From: an uncultured Gemmatimonadaceae bacterium
Lineage (GTDB): Bacteria; Gemmatimonadota; Gemmatimonadetes; Gemmatimonadales; Gemmatimonadaceae
Direction of reading: 5' to 3'
Length of the DNA stretch: 64,000 nucleotides
Assembly (NCBI GenBank): GCA_963822945.1
Contig: CAWGJO010000036.1
Span: 60,897 to 124,896, forward strand
Under the pieces are notes generated by a model, which had not been told where the DNA came from, searched no databases, and was given only the letters and a program-made list of their open reading frames with translations. Shown piece by piece: positions 1 to 10,175 of this stretch (position 1 is the first letter of the stretch; each line of letters begins with the position of its first letter). A program made the translations under genes and the position numbers.

Positions 1-1979
1 CCACGGGTACTTCTTCGCCACGGCCTTGTGCCAGAGTATGCGGTCGGGGAAGCCGGCGTCCTTCAGATCGTGCCACGCGGTGTTGTGGAAGGCCTTCGAC
101 CGGTTCGCCGTGCCCATGCCGTCGATCTGCACCACGATGAACCCCAGCTCGGCGATGTTGCGCATGCCGTTCAGCACCTGGAAGCTCTTGGGCACGAACG
201 AGCCCTGCGGCCCGGCGTAGATGTTCTCGACCACCGGGTACTTCTTGCGGGGATCGAAGTTGGTCGGCTTGAAGATGAGGCCGTAGATCTCGGTCGAATC
301 GTCGCGCCCCCTGGCCACGAACACCTCGGGGGGCTTCCAGCCGGCCTTCGCCAGCGCCGAGATGTCCCCCTTCTCCAGCGGCATGACCAGCGACTGGTCG
401 CTGGTGCGGCGCAGTTCGCCCACCGGCGGCAGGTCCACGCGCGAGTAGACGTCGGTGTAGTACTGGTGGTCGTCCGACCAGGACACCACGTGGTTGGCGA
501 GGGCCGGCGTGTACTTCACCAGTCCGGTGCCGTCGAAGTCGATGCGGTAGTAGTGGAGGAAGTACGGGTCCTCACCCGGGTTCATGCCGCCGGCGCTGAA
601 GTAGATCTGCTTGGCGGCGGTGTCCACGTACTCGACGTTGCGCACCAGCCAGGGCCCCTTGGTGATCTGGCGGATCACCTGCCCCGTGGCGTCGTCGTAG
701 AGATACAGGTGGTCCCACCCGTCGCGCTCCGAGGCCCAGATCATCTGCCGGCCGTCGTCGAGGTCGTAGCGGAACTGCCGGCCCGAGTCGGTGATGTTGC
801 CGCTCATGCGCCGGTAGTCGATGAAGGTGTCGGAGTGTTCGTCCACGAGGGCGCGCGCCCTGCCCGTGGCGGCGTCCACCTCGATCACGCGGTAGACCTG
901 GTGTCCGCGCTGGTTGTACTCGAAGGTGAACGCCCGGCTGTCCTTCCACCACTCGGCGCCGGTGATGCGCGTAGGCGTTGGGAAAGAGCGCGTCGTCCAC
1001 CTGAATCTGCTGGCTGCGTCGCGAGGTTGAAGAGCACCGGGCGCCGCGTATCGAGCACGTCGCCCGGCTTGCGATAGAAACGCACCGAATCGCGCGGTTG
1101 CAGCCGGTCGGGCGGTGTGGAGACGACGTAGTGCACGTAGCGCATGTAGCCGGGCACGACGCGATAGGCGACGAGGTGCTTCGAGTCGGGCGACCACGCG
1201 ATGGAGGCGAACGAGTAGTAGTTGCCCTCGGATCCGTCGTAGCTGAGTTCGGTGCCCGACGACGCGCCCACCGGGCGGACGTACACGTTGTAGTTCCAGA
1301 TGTAGGCCTCGGACTTTCCGTCGGGCGCGCGCTTGGCGGTGGGCGACTCGCGGATCGTCGGCGCCTGCAGGGCGGCGGCGTGCTCCTCGGCGTCCCACTC
1401 GGTGGGCCAGGGCCCCTCGTTCGGGGTCGAGTCGGCGGCGGCGAGACCGGCGTCGTCGCTGACCCAGGGAGACACGTACGGCGCGGGTCCGCGACCCCGG
1501 CCGCGCCCGCCGCGTCCGAACCGCGCCGGCCCCGTGTCGCGGCAGGAGTAGTCGTCGAGGCTGCACCGCCAGGTGTGGCCGGCGCGGTAGAACTCGATGC
1601 CCTGCTGGCCGTCCACGAACACGAAGCGACTGAAGGGAAGCGTCACTGCGGTGACGGCGGTGTCGAGCGACACGGAGAGCGTGGCGGCAAGGCGTGCGTG
1701 GTCGAAGGCGGGGCGCCTGGTTCTGGTGTCGGCGTCCACGAGTTCGAATTCGTACCCGCCCTTCACGGTCTTTCTATAGAACAGGCGGTGGGTGCCCTCG
1801 ATCCACTGCGGGGGATCCATGAGGTCGGTGGCGAGTCCCTCGTAGTGCTTGTCGAGCGCGGCGGCCCGGGCGTAGTCGGCCGCGGTGCCCTGCGCGCGGG
1901 CGCCGGAGGCCGTAAGGATGAGGGCGGCGGCGGCGGCGATGGCGATGGAGAGGGATCGGCGGGCGAACGGGCGTCGCAT
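1..1979 (-). CDS. S9/DPP IV-like peptidase with signal peptide; 3'-truncated by the window edge; frameshifts near 1015 and 965
   Basis: ORF 885..1979 gives the signal peptide and N-terminal region. Manual translation of the next frames gives [44 protein letters not shown] and [22 protein letters not shown], typical of DPP IV-like S9 peptidases. Confidence 0.88.
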
Positions 1980-2099
1980 GGGACGGGTTCCGGGCGAGGC
2001 GGGCAGGCGGATATTGTATACGGAGTCCGGCCCCTATCATGCCACCGGGGACACTGCTCCCGCTAGGGCGCCCCGTGAGCCCACCCCAGTCCATCGCAG

Positions 2100-2265
2100 C
2101 CCCCAATTCCATTCCGTTCCAGTCCGTTGCCATCCGTTCAACTCCGTATCCAATTCGTGGATGCCCGTGCGATCGAGTTCCATGTGCTGCGCGCGGAACT
2201 CAATCTGTCGGGCTTCTACGCTGCTGGACGCGGACCCAACGGATTGGAACGGACTGGCACGGATA
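2100..2265. repeat. Degenerate ~10-nt tandem units (TCCGTTCCAG-like) and an inverted array (CGGATTGGAA-like) flanking a short core
   Basis: ccgttccagtccgttg (2114-2129) is the reverse complement of caacggattggaacgg (2237-2252) with 1 mismatch. Confidence 0.6.
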
Positions 2266-2289
2266 GAAGCTGAAGAGAAGGAACGCCCC

Positions 2290-3966
2290 CTACCCCAGCG
2301 TGATCTCGAGCCTGGTCACCGAGGCAGGTGCAAAGCTGTACACCAGCGGCGAGGCGCCCACCTGAACGTCGCGCGGGGCCGACGGCCGCACCGTGTCGGG
2401 GTGGGCGAAGCTGTTCACGTCGTGCACGCTGTGCGCCGCGAGCGTCGTCGCGCGCACCGAGCGCACGTTCGCGCCGCCGCGCACGGCGATCTCCGTCTCG
2501 CGCGGCTCGGTCATCGAACTGTTCGTGACCGTCAGGGTCACCATGTTGCCCCGCACCGACGCCGACCCGTTGAGTCCCCAGAGCGTGGACCGCGTCCCGT
2601 CCTTCTCCGTCCAGGCCACCGGGGGCGCCGAGACCTCGGTGCGCAGCGACTGCGCGCCCTGGTGCGCCGCGTACATCGCGAACACGTGGTACACCGGCGT
2701 CACCACGAACTGATCGTCGTGCGCCAGAAACACCGACTGGATGCAGTTGATGAGCTGGGCGACGTTGGCCATCGCCACCTTGTCGGCGTGCCGCTGGAAG
2801 ATGTCGAGCGTGAGCCCGGCCAGCACGGCGTCCCGAATGGTGGACTGCGACTCGAACAGGTGGCTCGCATCGGCGATCGGTGCGCTGGCGTGCCACGCCC
2901 CCCATTCGTCGATCACCAGCTTCACGTGGTGCCGGCGGTCGGTGTCGGCCAGGATGTCCCACGTGGTGTCGATCACCGTCTCCATGTAGTTCGCCCGCGC
3001 CAGCAGGTCGTACCACCCGCGCTCGTCGAAATTCACCGCATCGGCGCCGGCGTCGGGCGCGCCCGAGTAGTGGTGCACCGAGAGCCCCCAGACGCTGTCC
3101 ACGGCGCCGCGCTTGCGCAGCGCCTCGAACATGTTCCAGGTCCACTCGCGGTCGGTGCCGCTGGGGCCCGACGCCACGTAGCGCAGGTCGAGGCCGTAGC
3201 GCGGCACTCCGCCGGCCGTGAACCGGCGGAACTCCTCGGCGTACTCCTCGGGAGTGAAGTTCCCGCCGCACCCCCACGCTTCGTTTCCCACGCCCCAGTA
3301 CCGCACGTCGTACGGATCGCGATCGCCCGCCGCGGCGCGCATGGTGGAATACGTGGTCGCATCGGCCGGGGCATTGCAGTACTCCACCCACTCGTCGAAG
3401 GCGCGTGCAGGCAGCGAACGCACGTTCGCGGCGAGGTACGGCTGCGCGCCCACCAGGCGGCAGAAGTGCATGAACTCCGTGGTCCCGAAAGCGTTGGGGT
3501 CGTACTTGGCGGGCCCGCCCGCCACGTTCTTCAATCCCGGGTCGTCGGCCCAGAAGTTCGTCCGGGTGGGCCGCTTGCCGCGCGGACCGATCCCATCGCG
3601 CCAGTCGTACGAGTCGGCAAAGCATCCCCCCGGCCAGCGGATGACACTCGGCTTGATGACGCGCAGTGCGTCCACCAATGCTTTCCGGATACCGCCGACG
3701 TTCGGGATCTTCGAATCCTCCCCCACCCACACCCCGTCGTAGATCACCCCGCCCAGGTGTTCGGTGAACTGCCCGTATATCTCGGGCGCGATGACGCCGA
3801 TGGGCTCATCGAGGCGAACCTCGATATGCGAGTCGGCGAGGAGCGATCGGGCACCCCCGCCGAACAGACCGGCCATCGGCGTGAAGCGAGGCAGGGCAAG
3901 CGCGGCGCCGCCGGCGAGGGCGGAGCGGAGGAACTCGCGGCGGGAGTGGCGGGAGTCGCGGGGCAT
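2290..3966 (-). CDS. Alpha-L-arabinofuranosidase (GH51), Tat-exported
   Basis: SRREFL Tat motif; YGQFTEHLG, RWPGGCFAD, YWGVGNEAWGCGG, IDEWGAW and ANVAQLIN motifs. The ORF extension to 4110 is only the octamer repeat. Confidence 0.93.
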   Translation of the reverse strand: MPRDSRHSRREFLRSALAGGAALALPRFTPMAGLFGGGARSLLADSHIEVRLDEPIGVIAPEIYGQFTEHLGGVIYDGVWVGEDSKIPNVGGIRKALVDALRVIKPSVIRWPGGCFADSYDWRDGIGPRGKRPTRTNFWADDPGLKNVAGGPAKYDPNAFGTTEFMHFCRLVGAQPYLAANVRSLPARAFDEWVEYCNAPADATTYSTMRAAAGDRDPYDVRYWGVGNEAWGCGGNFTPEEYAEEFRRFTAGGVPRYGLDLRYVASGPSGTDREWTWNMFEALRKRGAVDSVWGLSVHHYSGAPDAGADAVNFDERGWYDLLARANYMETVIDTTWDILADTDRRHHVKLVIDEWGAWHASAPIADASHLFESQSTIRDAVLAGLTLDIFQRHADKVAMANVAQLINCIQSVFLAHDDQFVVTPVYHVFAMYAAHQGAQSLRTEVSAPPVAWTEKDGTRSTLWGLNGSASVRGNMVTLTVTNSSMTEPRETEIAVRGGANVRSVRATTLAAHSVHDVNSFAHPDTVRPSAPRDVQVGASPLVYSFAPASVTRLEITLG

Positions 3967-4004
3967 GGGATCAGGGGCCGGGAAGGGCGTGAAGCTGGCC
4001 GAAG

Positions 4005-4083
4005 GTCGGACAGTCGGACAGTCGGACAGTCGGACAGTCGGACAGTCGGACAGTCGGACAGTCGGACAGTCGGACAGTCGGAC
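4005..4083 (+). repeat. Perfect octamer tandem repeat (GTCGGACA), about 9.9 copies
   Basis: Read directly. Confidence 0.97.
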
Positions 4084-4309
4084 CGCGAACGACGTTTCCA
4101 ATGCTGACATTCCCGCTCCGCGGGGGCAAGGCCGATCGCGCCGTCGCAGGCGGCCGCGACCGACGACGATGTGAAATCCGCGGGCGTTCGCGTAGCTGTC
4201 AGTAGCATGACGCGCCGGCTGTCACCGCTCCGACAGCTTGCCACTCTAGCTTTCGCGGAGCGTCGTGGATGGGCCACGCAGCGATTCACCGTTTCATGAG
4301 GAGAACCAG

Positions 4310-4693
4310 ATGACCCGCACCACCACCGCCACACTGTTCGCCCTGTTCGTCACGGCATTCGGGACTGCCGGCGCGCAGAAGCCCACCTACAAGCGCGACA
4401 TGCCGGCCAGACTCGTGAAGGAAGCCAAGGTCAAGGAAGCCGACGCCGTCGCCATGGCGCGCCGGATTCTTCCCAAAGCCGACATCGCCTCGGCCGAGTT
4501 GGAACGCGAGGGCGGGAAGCTGATCTACTCGTTCGATATGAAGACGCCGGGCAAAGACGGCATCGACGAGATCAACATCAACGCCATCACCGGCAAGCAG
4601 GTCGGCAAGGTGCAGCACGAGTCGGGCGCGGACGAGCGAAAGGAAGCTGCCGAGGAGAAGGCGGCGAGCAAGAAGAAAGGCGGCGGGCGGTAG
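4310..4693 (+). CDS. Secreted PepSY-domain protein
   Basis: Signal peptide; AELEREGGKLIYSFDM...EININAITGK PepSY pattern; GAGGAG RBS upstream. Confidence 0.85.
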   Translation: MTRTTTATLFALFVTAFGTAGAQKPTYKRDMPARLVKEAKVKEADAVAMARRILPKADIASAELEREGGKLIYSFDMKTPGKDGIDEININAITGKQVGKVQHESGADERKEAAEEKAASKKKGGGR

Positions 4694-4760
4694 GCCGGTA
4701 GGTCGGGAAGTCGGTAGGTCGGTAGGTCGGTAGGTCGGTAAGTCGGTAGCGGTAGGTCGG
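4689..4760 (+). repeat. Degenerate octamer array (GGTAGGTC)n
   Basis: Read directly, immediately after the PepSY stop codon. Confidence 0.85.
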
Positions 4761-4806
4761 GGCACGGGCGAGATCGTCGCGGAGACGGGGCGGGTTTCGT
4801 AGTTTG

Positions 4807-4841
4807 ACTGTCCGACTGTCCGACTGTCCGACTGTCCGACT
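4807..4841 (-). repeat. Inverted (GTCGGACA) array, about 4 copies
   Basis: gactgtcc units are the reverse complement of the 4005-4083 array. Confidence 0.9.
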
Positions 4842-4875
4842 GCCCCACCGCCCCACCGTTCCACTTCCCGCCCCG

Positions 4876-5970
4876 ATGACCACCCCCGTCACGCAATTCC
4901 CCTGCCCCCACTGCGGCGCCGACGTCACCTGGGATCCCGCCGCCGGCGCACAACGCTGCACGAACTGCGGCGCCACGATCGCACCGCCGGCCGCCACGTC
5001 GGCCATCCGGGAGCTGGACTACCAGAAGTGGTCGCGCGGTGTATCCGAGGACGGTGATCTCACCGAGCAACTCGTGGTGCACTGCGGCCGGTGCGGCGCC
5101 GAGACGACCTTCGGGCCCAACGTCACGGCGGGACACTGCGCTTTCTGCGGTGCCGCCATCTCGGCGGAGGGCGAATCGAAGAAGCTCATCAAGCCGCAGG
5201 CCCTGCTTCCCTTCCGGGTGCCCCGCACGCGGTCGCTCGAGCTGTTCAGCCAGTGGATCCGGAAGCTCTGGTTCGCGCCGAACGCGCTGAAGCACATGGC
5301 CAAGCCCGACGCGCAGCGGCTGCGCGGCGTCTACCTCCCATTCTGGACCTACGACGCCGACACCACCACCGACTACACCGGCCAGCGCGGCGACGACTAC
5401 ACCACCACCGAGACCTACACGACGCGGGAGAACGGACGCACCGTGACGCGCACGCGCACGGTGACGCACACGCGATGGCGATCGGCGGCTGGACGGGTCT
5501 CCGACCGGTTCGACGACGTGCTGATCCCCGCGGGCGGGGCGATGCCGCGCACCATCGTCGATCGCCTGCAGCCGTGGGATCTGAACGACCTCGTCCCCTT
5601 TGCCGACGGCTACCTGGCCGGCTTCGAGAGCGAGAGCTACCGCATCGACCTCGTGGCCGGGTTCGGCCTCGCCAAGGAAGCCATGCAGCCGACCATCGAC
5701 GCGACGATCCGCGCCGATATCGGCGGCGATCACCAGCGCATCGGCCAGAAAGACACGGCGTACGCGGACGTCACCTTCAAGCACCTACTGCTGCCGATGT
5801 GGGTGTGCTCGTACCGGTTCCGCGACAAGGTCTACCGGTTCGTGGTCAACGCGCGCACCGGCGAGGTGCAGGGCGAGCGCCCGTGGAGCTGGATCAAGAT
5901 CACCCTGGCCGTGCTCGCGGTCGCCGCCGCCTTCGCGCTCGTCGTGTATATCAACAACAACATCCAGTAG
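4876..5970 (+). CDS. Zinc-ribbon-containing protein with C-terminal membrane anchor
   Basis: Four CxxCG motifs; YLPFWTYD and VNARTGEVQGERPWSWIKI motifs; C-terminal TM helix. Confidence 0.8.
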   Translation: MTTPVTQFPCPHCGADVTWDPAAGAQRCTNCGATIAPPAATSAIRELDYQKWSRGVSEDGDLTEQLVVHCGRCGAETTFGPNVTAGHCAFCGAAISAEGESKKLIKPQALLPFRVPRTRSLELFSQWIRKLWFAPNALKHMAKPDAQRLRGVYLPFWTYDADTTTDYTGQRGDDYTTTETYTTRENGRTVTRTRTVTHTRWRSAAGRVSDRFDDVLIPAGGAMPRTIVDRLQPWDLNDLVPFADGYLAGFESESYRIDLVAGFGLAKEAMQPTIDATIRADIGGDHQRIGQKDTAYADVTFKHLLLPMWVCSYRFRDKVYRFVVNARTGEVQGERPWSWIKITLAVLAVAAAFALVVYINNNIQ

Positions 5971-6038
5971 GTCGGTAGGTCGGAGAACGGCGCTCGCGGT
6001 TTCCCGACCTACCGACCTACCGTCCTACCGACCTACCG
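5967..6038. repeat. Convergent GGTAGGTC / GACCTACC octamer arrays between convergent genes (possible terminator hairpin)
   Basis: gtaggtcggtaggtcgg versus ccgacctaccgacctac. Confidence 0.75.
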
Positions 6039-6513
6039 CAGTATTGGCCATCGTGTCCGGAATCCGCACCGCCACCACCTCCCCCTTCGCCGTGACCACA
6101 CCGCGCGCGGACACCGTCGCGTCGACGATCACTTTGCGGTCGCCGACCTCGCGCGCCCGGGCGCGGACTTCGAGCTGCGCGTCGGCAGGGGTCGGCTTCA
6201 GGTAATCCACCTTGAGCGAGGCGGTCACGAACCGTGGCGCCGGCCCGTCGCCGATGGCACGCCCGGCCGAGCGTTCGGCCGCCGCCGCCGCCGTCCCCAT
6301 GGCGTGGCAGTCGATGAGTGAGGCAATCAGCCCACCGTACGTAAACCCGGGCACACCGACCTGGTCCTCTCGCGGCGTGTAGAACGCCACCATGTCCGGC
6401 CCGTCGCCGTCCCATCGCGACTTGATCTGCATGCCGTGCGCGTTCAACCGGCCGCAACCGTAGCAGTGGGCGAAGTCGGCGGGGTAGAAATCCTGGATAG
6501 CAAGGGAGGTCAT
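6025..6513 (-). CDS. PaaI-family (hot-dog fold) thioesterase
   Basis: HCYGCG, YGGLIASLIDCH and VTASLKVDYLKPTP motifs. Confidence 0.88.
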   Translation of the reverse strand: MTSLAIQDFYPADFAHCYGCGRLNAHGMQIKSRWDGDGPDMVAFYTPREDQVGVPGFTYGGLIASLIDCHAMGTAAAAAERSAGRAIGDGPAPRFVTASLKVDYLKPTPADAQLEVRARAREVGDRKVIVDATVSARGVVTAKGEVVAVRIPDTMANTAVGR

Positions 6514-6745
6514 GATCGTCCCGGCAATTGGTGTCGGTTCCAGTGCCCGCTGACGGCTGAGCACTGAACACTCACAGCGCCAGTCAGCAGTCGGCAATTA
6601 GCGGTCGGCAGCCGGTAGTTCACCGTCTGCCACTGTTTTGAAAATGTCATCGAATGCACGGACTCTGTAAGTCCGGTATTCCCCGTGTTCCCCTTGCGGG
6701 CCGCATGCTGTCGATTTGCTGGCAGGTTCCCCCCACGAGGCCAGC

Positions 6746-8554
6746 ATGCTTCCGGTCCGCCTTCCGCTCTGCGCTGCCTGCACTGCTCTGCTCGCCCTCG
6801 CCCCCATCCCCGCCGTCGCGCAGACGGCGATGTTTCGCGGCGACGCGGCGCATACCGGCGTCTACCACGGCGGCGGGGCGACCCTCGTGGGCCTCGCGTG
6901 GCGCGCCGAAACCGGAGGCGACGTGGATTCGTCGCCGGTGATTGCCGGCAACGCGGTCTACGTCGGCAGCAACGACGGCCGGCTCTGGTCGTTCGATCTG
7001 GCCACCGGAGCCACCCGCTGGAGCCGTGACCTCGGCGCGCCCGTGAATGCGTCTCCGGCCGTCGCCGACGGCCGCGTCTTCGTGCAGACGCGCGCCGGCG
7101 TGCTCTGCGCCGTGAGCGCGGCCACCGGGGTCGTCGAATGGCGCGTACCGACGGGCCGGATTCTGCCGCTCCCCTGGGGACACGAGAGCGGCGACTACTA
7201 CACGTCGTCACCGGTGATCGCGGGCGGGATGGTGATCTTCGGTGCCGGCGACGGCGGTGTCTACGCACTCGACGGCGCCACCGGCACGCGGCGGTGGCGC
7301 GCCGAGACGGGCGGGCGCGTTCGCGGTACGCCCGCCGTGGCCGACGGCACCGTGTTCGTGGGCGCCTACGACGGACGCGTCTACGCCTTCGCACTCGCCA
7401 CCGGGCGGCAGCGGTGGGTGTACGAAACCCAGGGCACGACGTTCAATTCCGGCGACTGGGGATTCGACCGACGCAGCATTCAGTCGTCGCCCGCGGTGGT
7501 GGGCGGCACGGTCTACGTGGGGGCGCGCGACGGGTTCCTGTACGCGCTCGACGCCGCCACCGGCGCGCGGCGCTGGCGCTTCGATCACGACGTCTCGTGG
7601 GTGATCACCTCACCCGCCGTGGTGGACGGGACGATCTACGCGGGCAGCTCCGACGGTCACTTCGTGCAGGCCCTCGACGCCGGCGGTCGGGAGCAATGGC
7701 GCGCCAAGGTCTCGAGCGTGGTCTGGAGTTCGCCGGCGGTCGCCGATTCGGTGGTGTACTTCGGCGACGGCGCGGGCGCGCTCACGGCTGTCGATCGCCG
7801 CACGGGCGCCGTGCGCTGGAGCTTCCGCACCGGCTCGCAGATCTATTCCTCACCCGCCGTCTCCGGCCGGTACGTCGTGGTCGGGAGCACCGACGGCGCC
7901 GTCTATGCACTGCGCGCCGGGAACGATCCGGCCGTCCGCCGCGCCGTGTTCTACGACTCCACACTCCGCAAGCGCGCGCACGTGGCCAACCCGGCGCTCG
8001 TGGGATATCTGGCCGACCGCGGCTACACGCCGCTCGACTCGGCGGCGCTCGATCGGTTCCTCGCCGATCGGACGGAAGACCGGACACCGAGCGTGGTGGT
8101 GTTCGCCATGGATTACGTGCCCGCGTCGGTGGCCGCCGTGCCGTTGGACCGGTCGGTGCTGCGGCGCTATCTGCGCGCGGGCGGGAAGGTCGTCTGGACG
8201 GGGCTTCCGCCCATGATCATTCCCGATCGAATGCCCGCCGGGAAGCTCGCCTTCAACTGGGACGCGCCGGCGCAACTCACGGGCGTTCCCTTCGACTCGG
8301 CGCTCTTCGACCGGCACGGTGTGCGGGCCACGGCCGAAGGGCGTCGCTGGGGGCTGCCCGAGCGCTGGCGCAGTGCCTGGGCGGTGGGCACCGCCGGCGT
8401 CTCACGCGTGCTCGCGCTGGACGACGAGGGGCACGCGGCGGCGTGGGTCAGGAACTACGGCGGCCCGGACGGCACCGGCTGGGTCGTGGTGCCGGTTGAC
8501 GACCCGATGGCGGTGTATCTGGTGGCGGAACATCGCGGCGCGGGGGGACGTTGA
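6746..8554 (+). CDS. PQQ-binding-like (BamB-type) beta-propeller repeat protein
   Basis: Signal peptide, MFRGDAAHTG, repeated SSPAV..G.VY.G..DG..YALDA.TG...W units. Confidence 0.9.
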   Translation: MLPVRLPLCAACTALLALAPIPAVAQTAMFRGDAAHTGVYHGGGATLVGLAWRAETGGDVDSSPVIAGNAVYVGSNDGRLWSFDLATGATRWSRDLGAPVNASPAVADGRVFVQTRAGVLCAVSAATGVVEWRVPTGRILPLPWGHESGDYYTSSPVIAGGMVIFGAGDGGVYALDGATGTRRWRAETGGRVRGTPAVADGTVFVGAYDGRVYAFALATGRQRWVYETQGTTFNSGDWGFDRRSIQSSPAVVGGTVYVGARDGFLYALDAATGARRWRFDHDVSWVITSPAVVDGTIYAGSSDGHFVQALDAGGREQWRAKVSSVVWSSPAVADSVVYFGDGAGALTAVDRRTGAVRWSFRTGSQIYSSPAVSGRYVVVGSTDGAVYALRAGNDPAVRRAVFYDSTLRKRAHVANPALVGYLADRGYTPLDSAALDRFLADRTEDRTPSVVVFAMDYVPASVAAVPLDRSVLRRYLRAGGKVVWTGLPPMIIPDRMPAGKLAFNWDAPAQLTGVPFDSALFDRHGVRATAEGRRWGLPERWRSAWAVGTAGVSRVLALDDEGHAAAWVRNYGGPDGTGWVVVPVDDPMAVYLVAEHRGAGGR

Positions 8555-8673
8555 CCGGCCGCTGAGTGCCGGCCGCCGAACCTTCGGAACTGCAGTCGGG
8601 CATCGCCAGTCGTCAGTCTTCAGCCGTCAGTCGACAGCCGGTAGTCGTCTGCGGACCGTCCACCGCCGACGCT

Positions 8674-9300
8674 CTACTTGATGAACGCGTCCCGGATGCC
8701 CGTCAGAATGAACTGCGTCGCCACCGCGGCGAGCAGCAGCCCCATGATACGGGTCATGACCTTGATTCCCGTCTGCCCCATGATTTCCACGAGCCGCTCG
8801 CCCAGGCGCAGCGTGATGTACGAGATGACCGCGGTGACGAGTATCGCGCCGTAGACCACGACGCCGTGGCTCACCGAGCGGATCTCGCCGGCAAGCACCA
8901 TCACGGTGGAGATGGCGCCGGGACCGGCCAGGATCGGAATCGCCAGCGGAGTGACGGCGACGTCCTCCTTGGCCTGGCCCTCGCTCAATTCCTCGCTGCC
9001 TTCCTGCGTGCTGCGCTTGGCGCGCACCATGTCGAGGGCCACCAGCCAGAGGATCAGTCCGCCCGCGATGCGGAAGGCCGGCAACGTGATGCCGAACGCC
9101 TGGAAGATGAACCGCCCCGCCGCCGCGAAGACGACGAGCATGAGGCCCATGGCCGTGCACGCGCGGAGCGCGGTGCGCCTCCGCTCGGCCGCCGTCTCGT
9201 TCTGCGTGACCACCAGATACGACGGCACGGCCGCAATCGGATCCACGATGAAGAGGACCGACGTGACGGTAATGAGGCCGAATTGGAGGAGTTGAACCAT
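8674..9300 (-). CDS. marC: MarC-family membrane protein
   Basis: LFIVDPIAAVP, FRIAGG, PLAIPILAGPGAI and TRIMGLLL motifs. Confidence 0.92.
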   Translation of the reverse strand: MVQLLQFGLITVTSVLFIVDPIAAVPSYLVVTQNETAAERRRTALRACTAMGLMLVVFAAAGRFIFQAFGITLPAFRIAGGLILWLVALDMVRAKRSTQEGSEELSEGQAKEDVAVTPLAIPILAGPGAISTVMVLAGEIRSVSHGVVVYGAILVTAVISYITLRLGERLVEIMGQTGIKVMTRIMGLLLAAVATQFILTGIRDAFIK

Positions 9301-9453
9301 GAGCGCGGGCGGTGGACGCTCATCAAGATAGCCGCCCCTGAACGGGGCGCCACCGGCGACCGTCCACGAAACAACGACGACTCCGAACGGCAGTCCGGAG
9401 TCGTCTTTGGACGGTCAGCAGTGCTCAGTCACCGACGATCGTGCGCGCCGCCG

Positions 9454-9894
9454 TCAGTCGCCTGCTTCCACCGGCGCCGACGCGTAGACGTATCCGACCA
9501 CGCCGCCGTAGACGAGGTGGCCCAGCAAGCCGCCGATCAGCAACTGGAAGTCGCCGCGCGAGAAGAAACCGCTCCCCGTAATCGGCGCGAAGGTCAACTG
9601 CGCGAACACGAAGAGCAGGCACCCGAACAGCAGCCCCCGCGTGAACCCGCCGCCCGGCAGGCGGCGATCGAAGTAGCCGGCATACACCATCGCGAACACG
9701 ATGCCGACGATGAGATCGATGACCCAACCGCCCGCGGGTCCGACGGCCGTCCGCGACGACACGGCCGACATCGTGCTGCTCACGATCTGCCCGATCGCGA
9801 TCTGCGGCAGCCCGATGGAAGGTTCGACCAGCAGGAGCGCGGTCATCGAGGCCGTGGCGATCGCTCCCGCTGCCATAGCGCGCTTCGCGTTCAT
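9454..9894 (-). CDS. Small multi-pass membrane protein of unknown function
   Basis: GGAGGAG RBS; hydrophobic helices ending LLGHLVYGGVVG. Confidence 0.7.
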   Translation of the reverse strand: MNAKRAMAAGAIATASMTALLLVEPSIGLPQIAIGQIVSSTMSAVSSRTAVGPAGGWVIDLIVGIVFAMVYAGYFDRRLPGGGFTRGLLFGCLLFVFAQLTFAPITGSGFFSRGDFQLLIGGLLGHLVYGGVVGYVYASAPVEAGD

Positions 9895-10175
9895 TTCTCC
9901 TCCACAGGTGGGGGGGTCACTCGACCCATCGGCGGGATCATATGCCGAGTTCGGAATTTCGACGCAAGCAAACGCGGCCGATCTTTGTAACAAGCCAATA
10001 GGGAGGGATTCCGTTGGCGAGGCCGGAGGCGACCCGGTCCGACGATGCCGGATCCCACGCGCTGCCGCCCCGCTGAAACACCGGCCGCCACCGTCCGTAC
10101 GCAATGGCACCGGTTCACTCGCTGCCGTTCCGATCGCCCGTTACGCCACCCCACCGCCTGCGCCGACTACCGCCG

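Noticed and set aside
1885..4107. Long antisense or alternate-frame ORFs (for example 1885..4107 +, 31614..34184 +, 35747..37867 -)
   Set aside because: Shadow ORFs of real genes in high-GC DNA, with no recognisable motifs.
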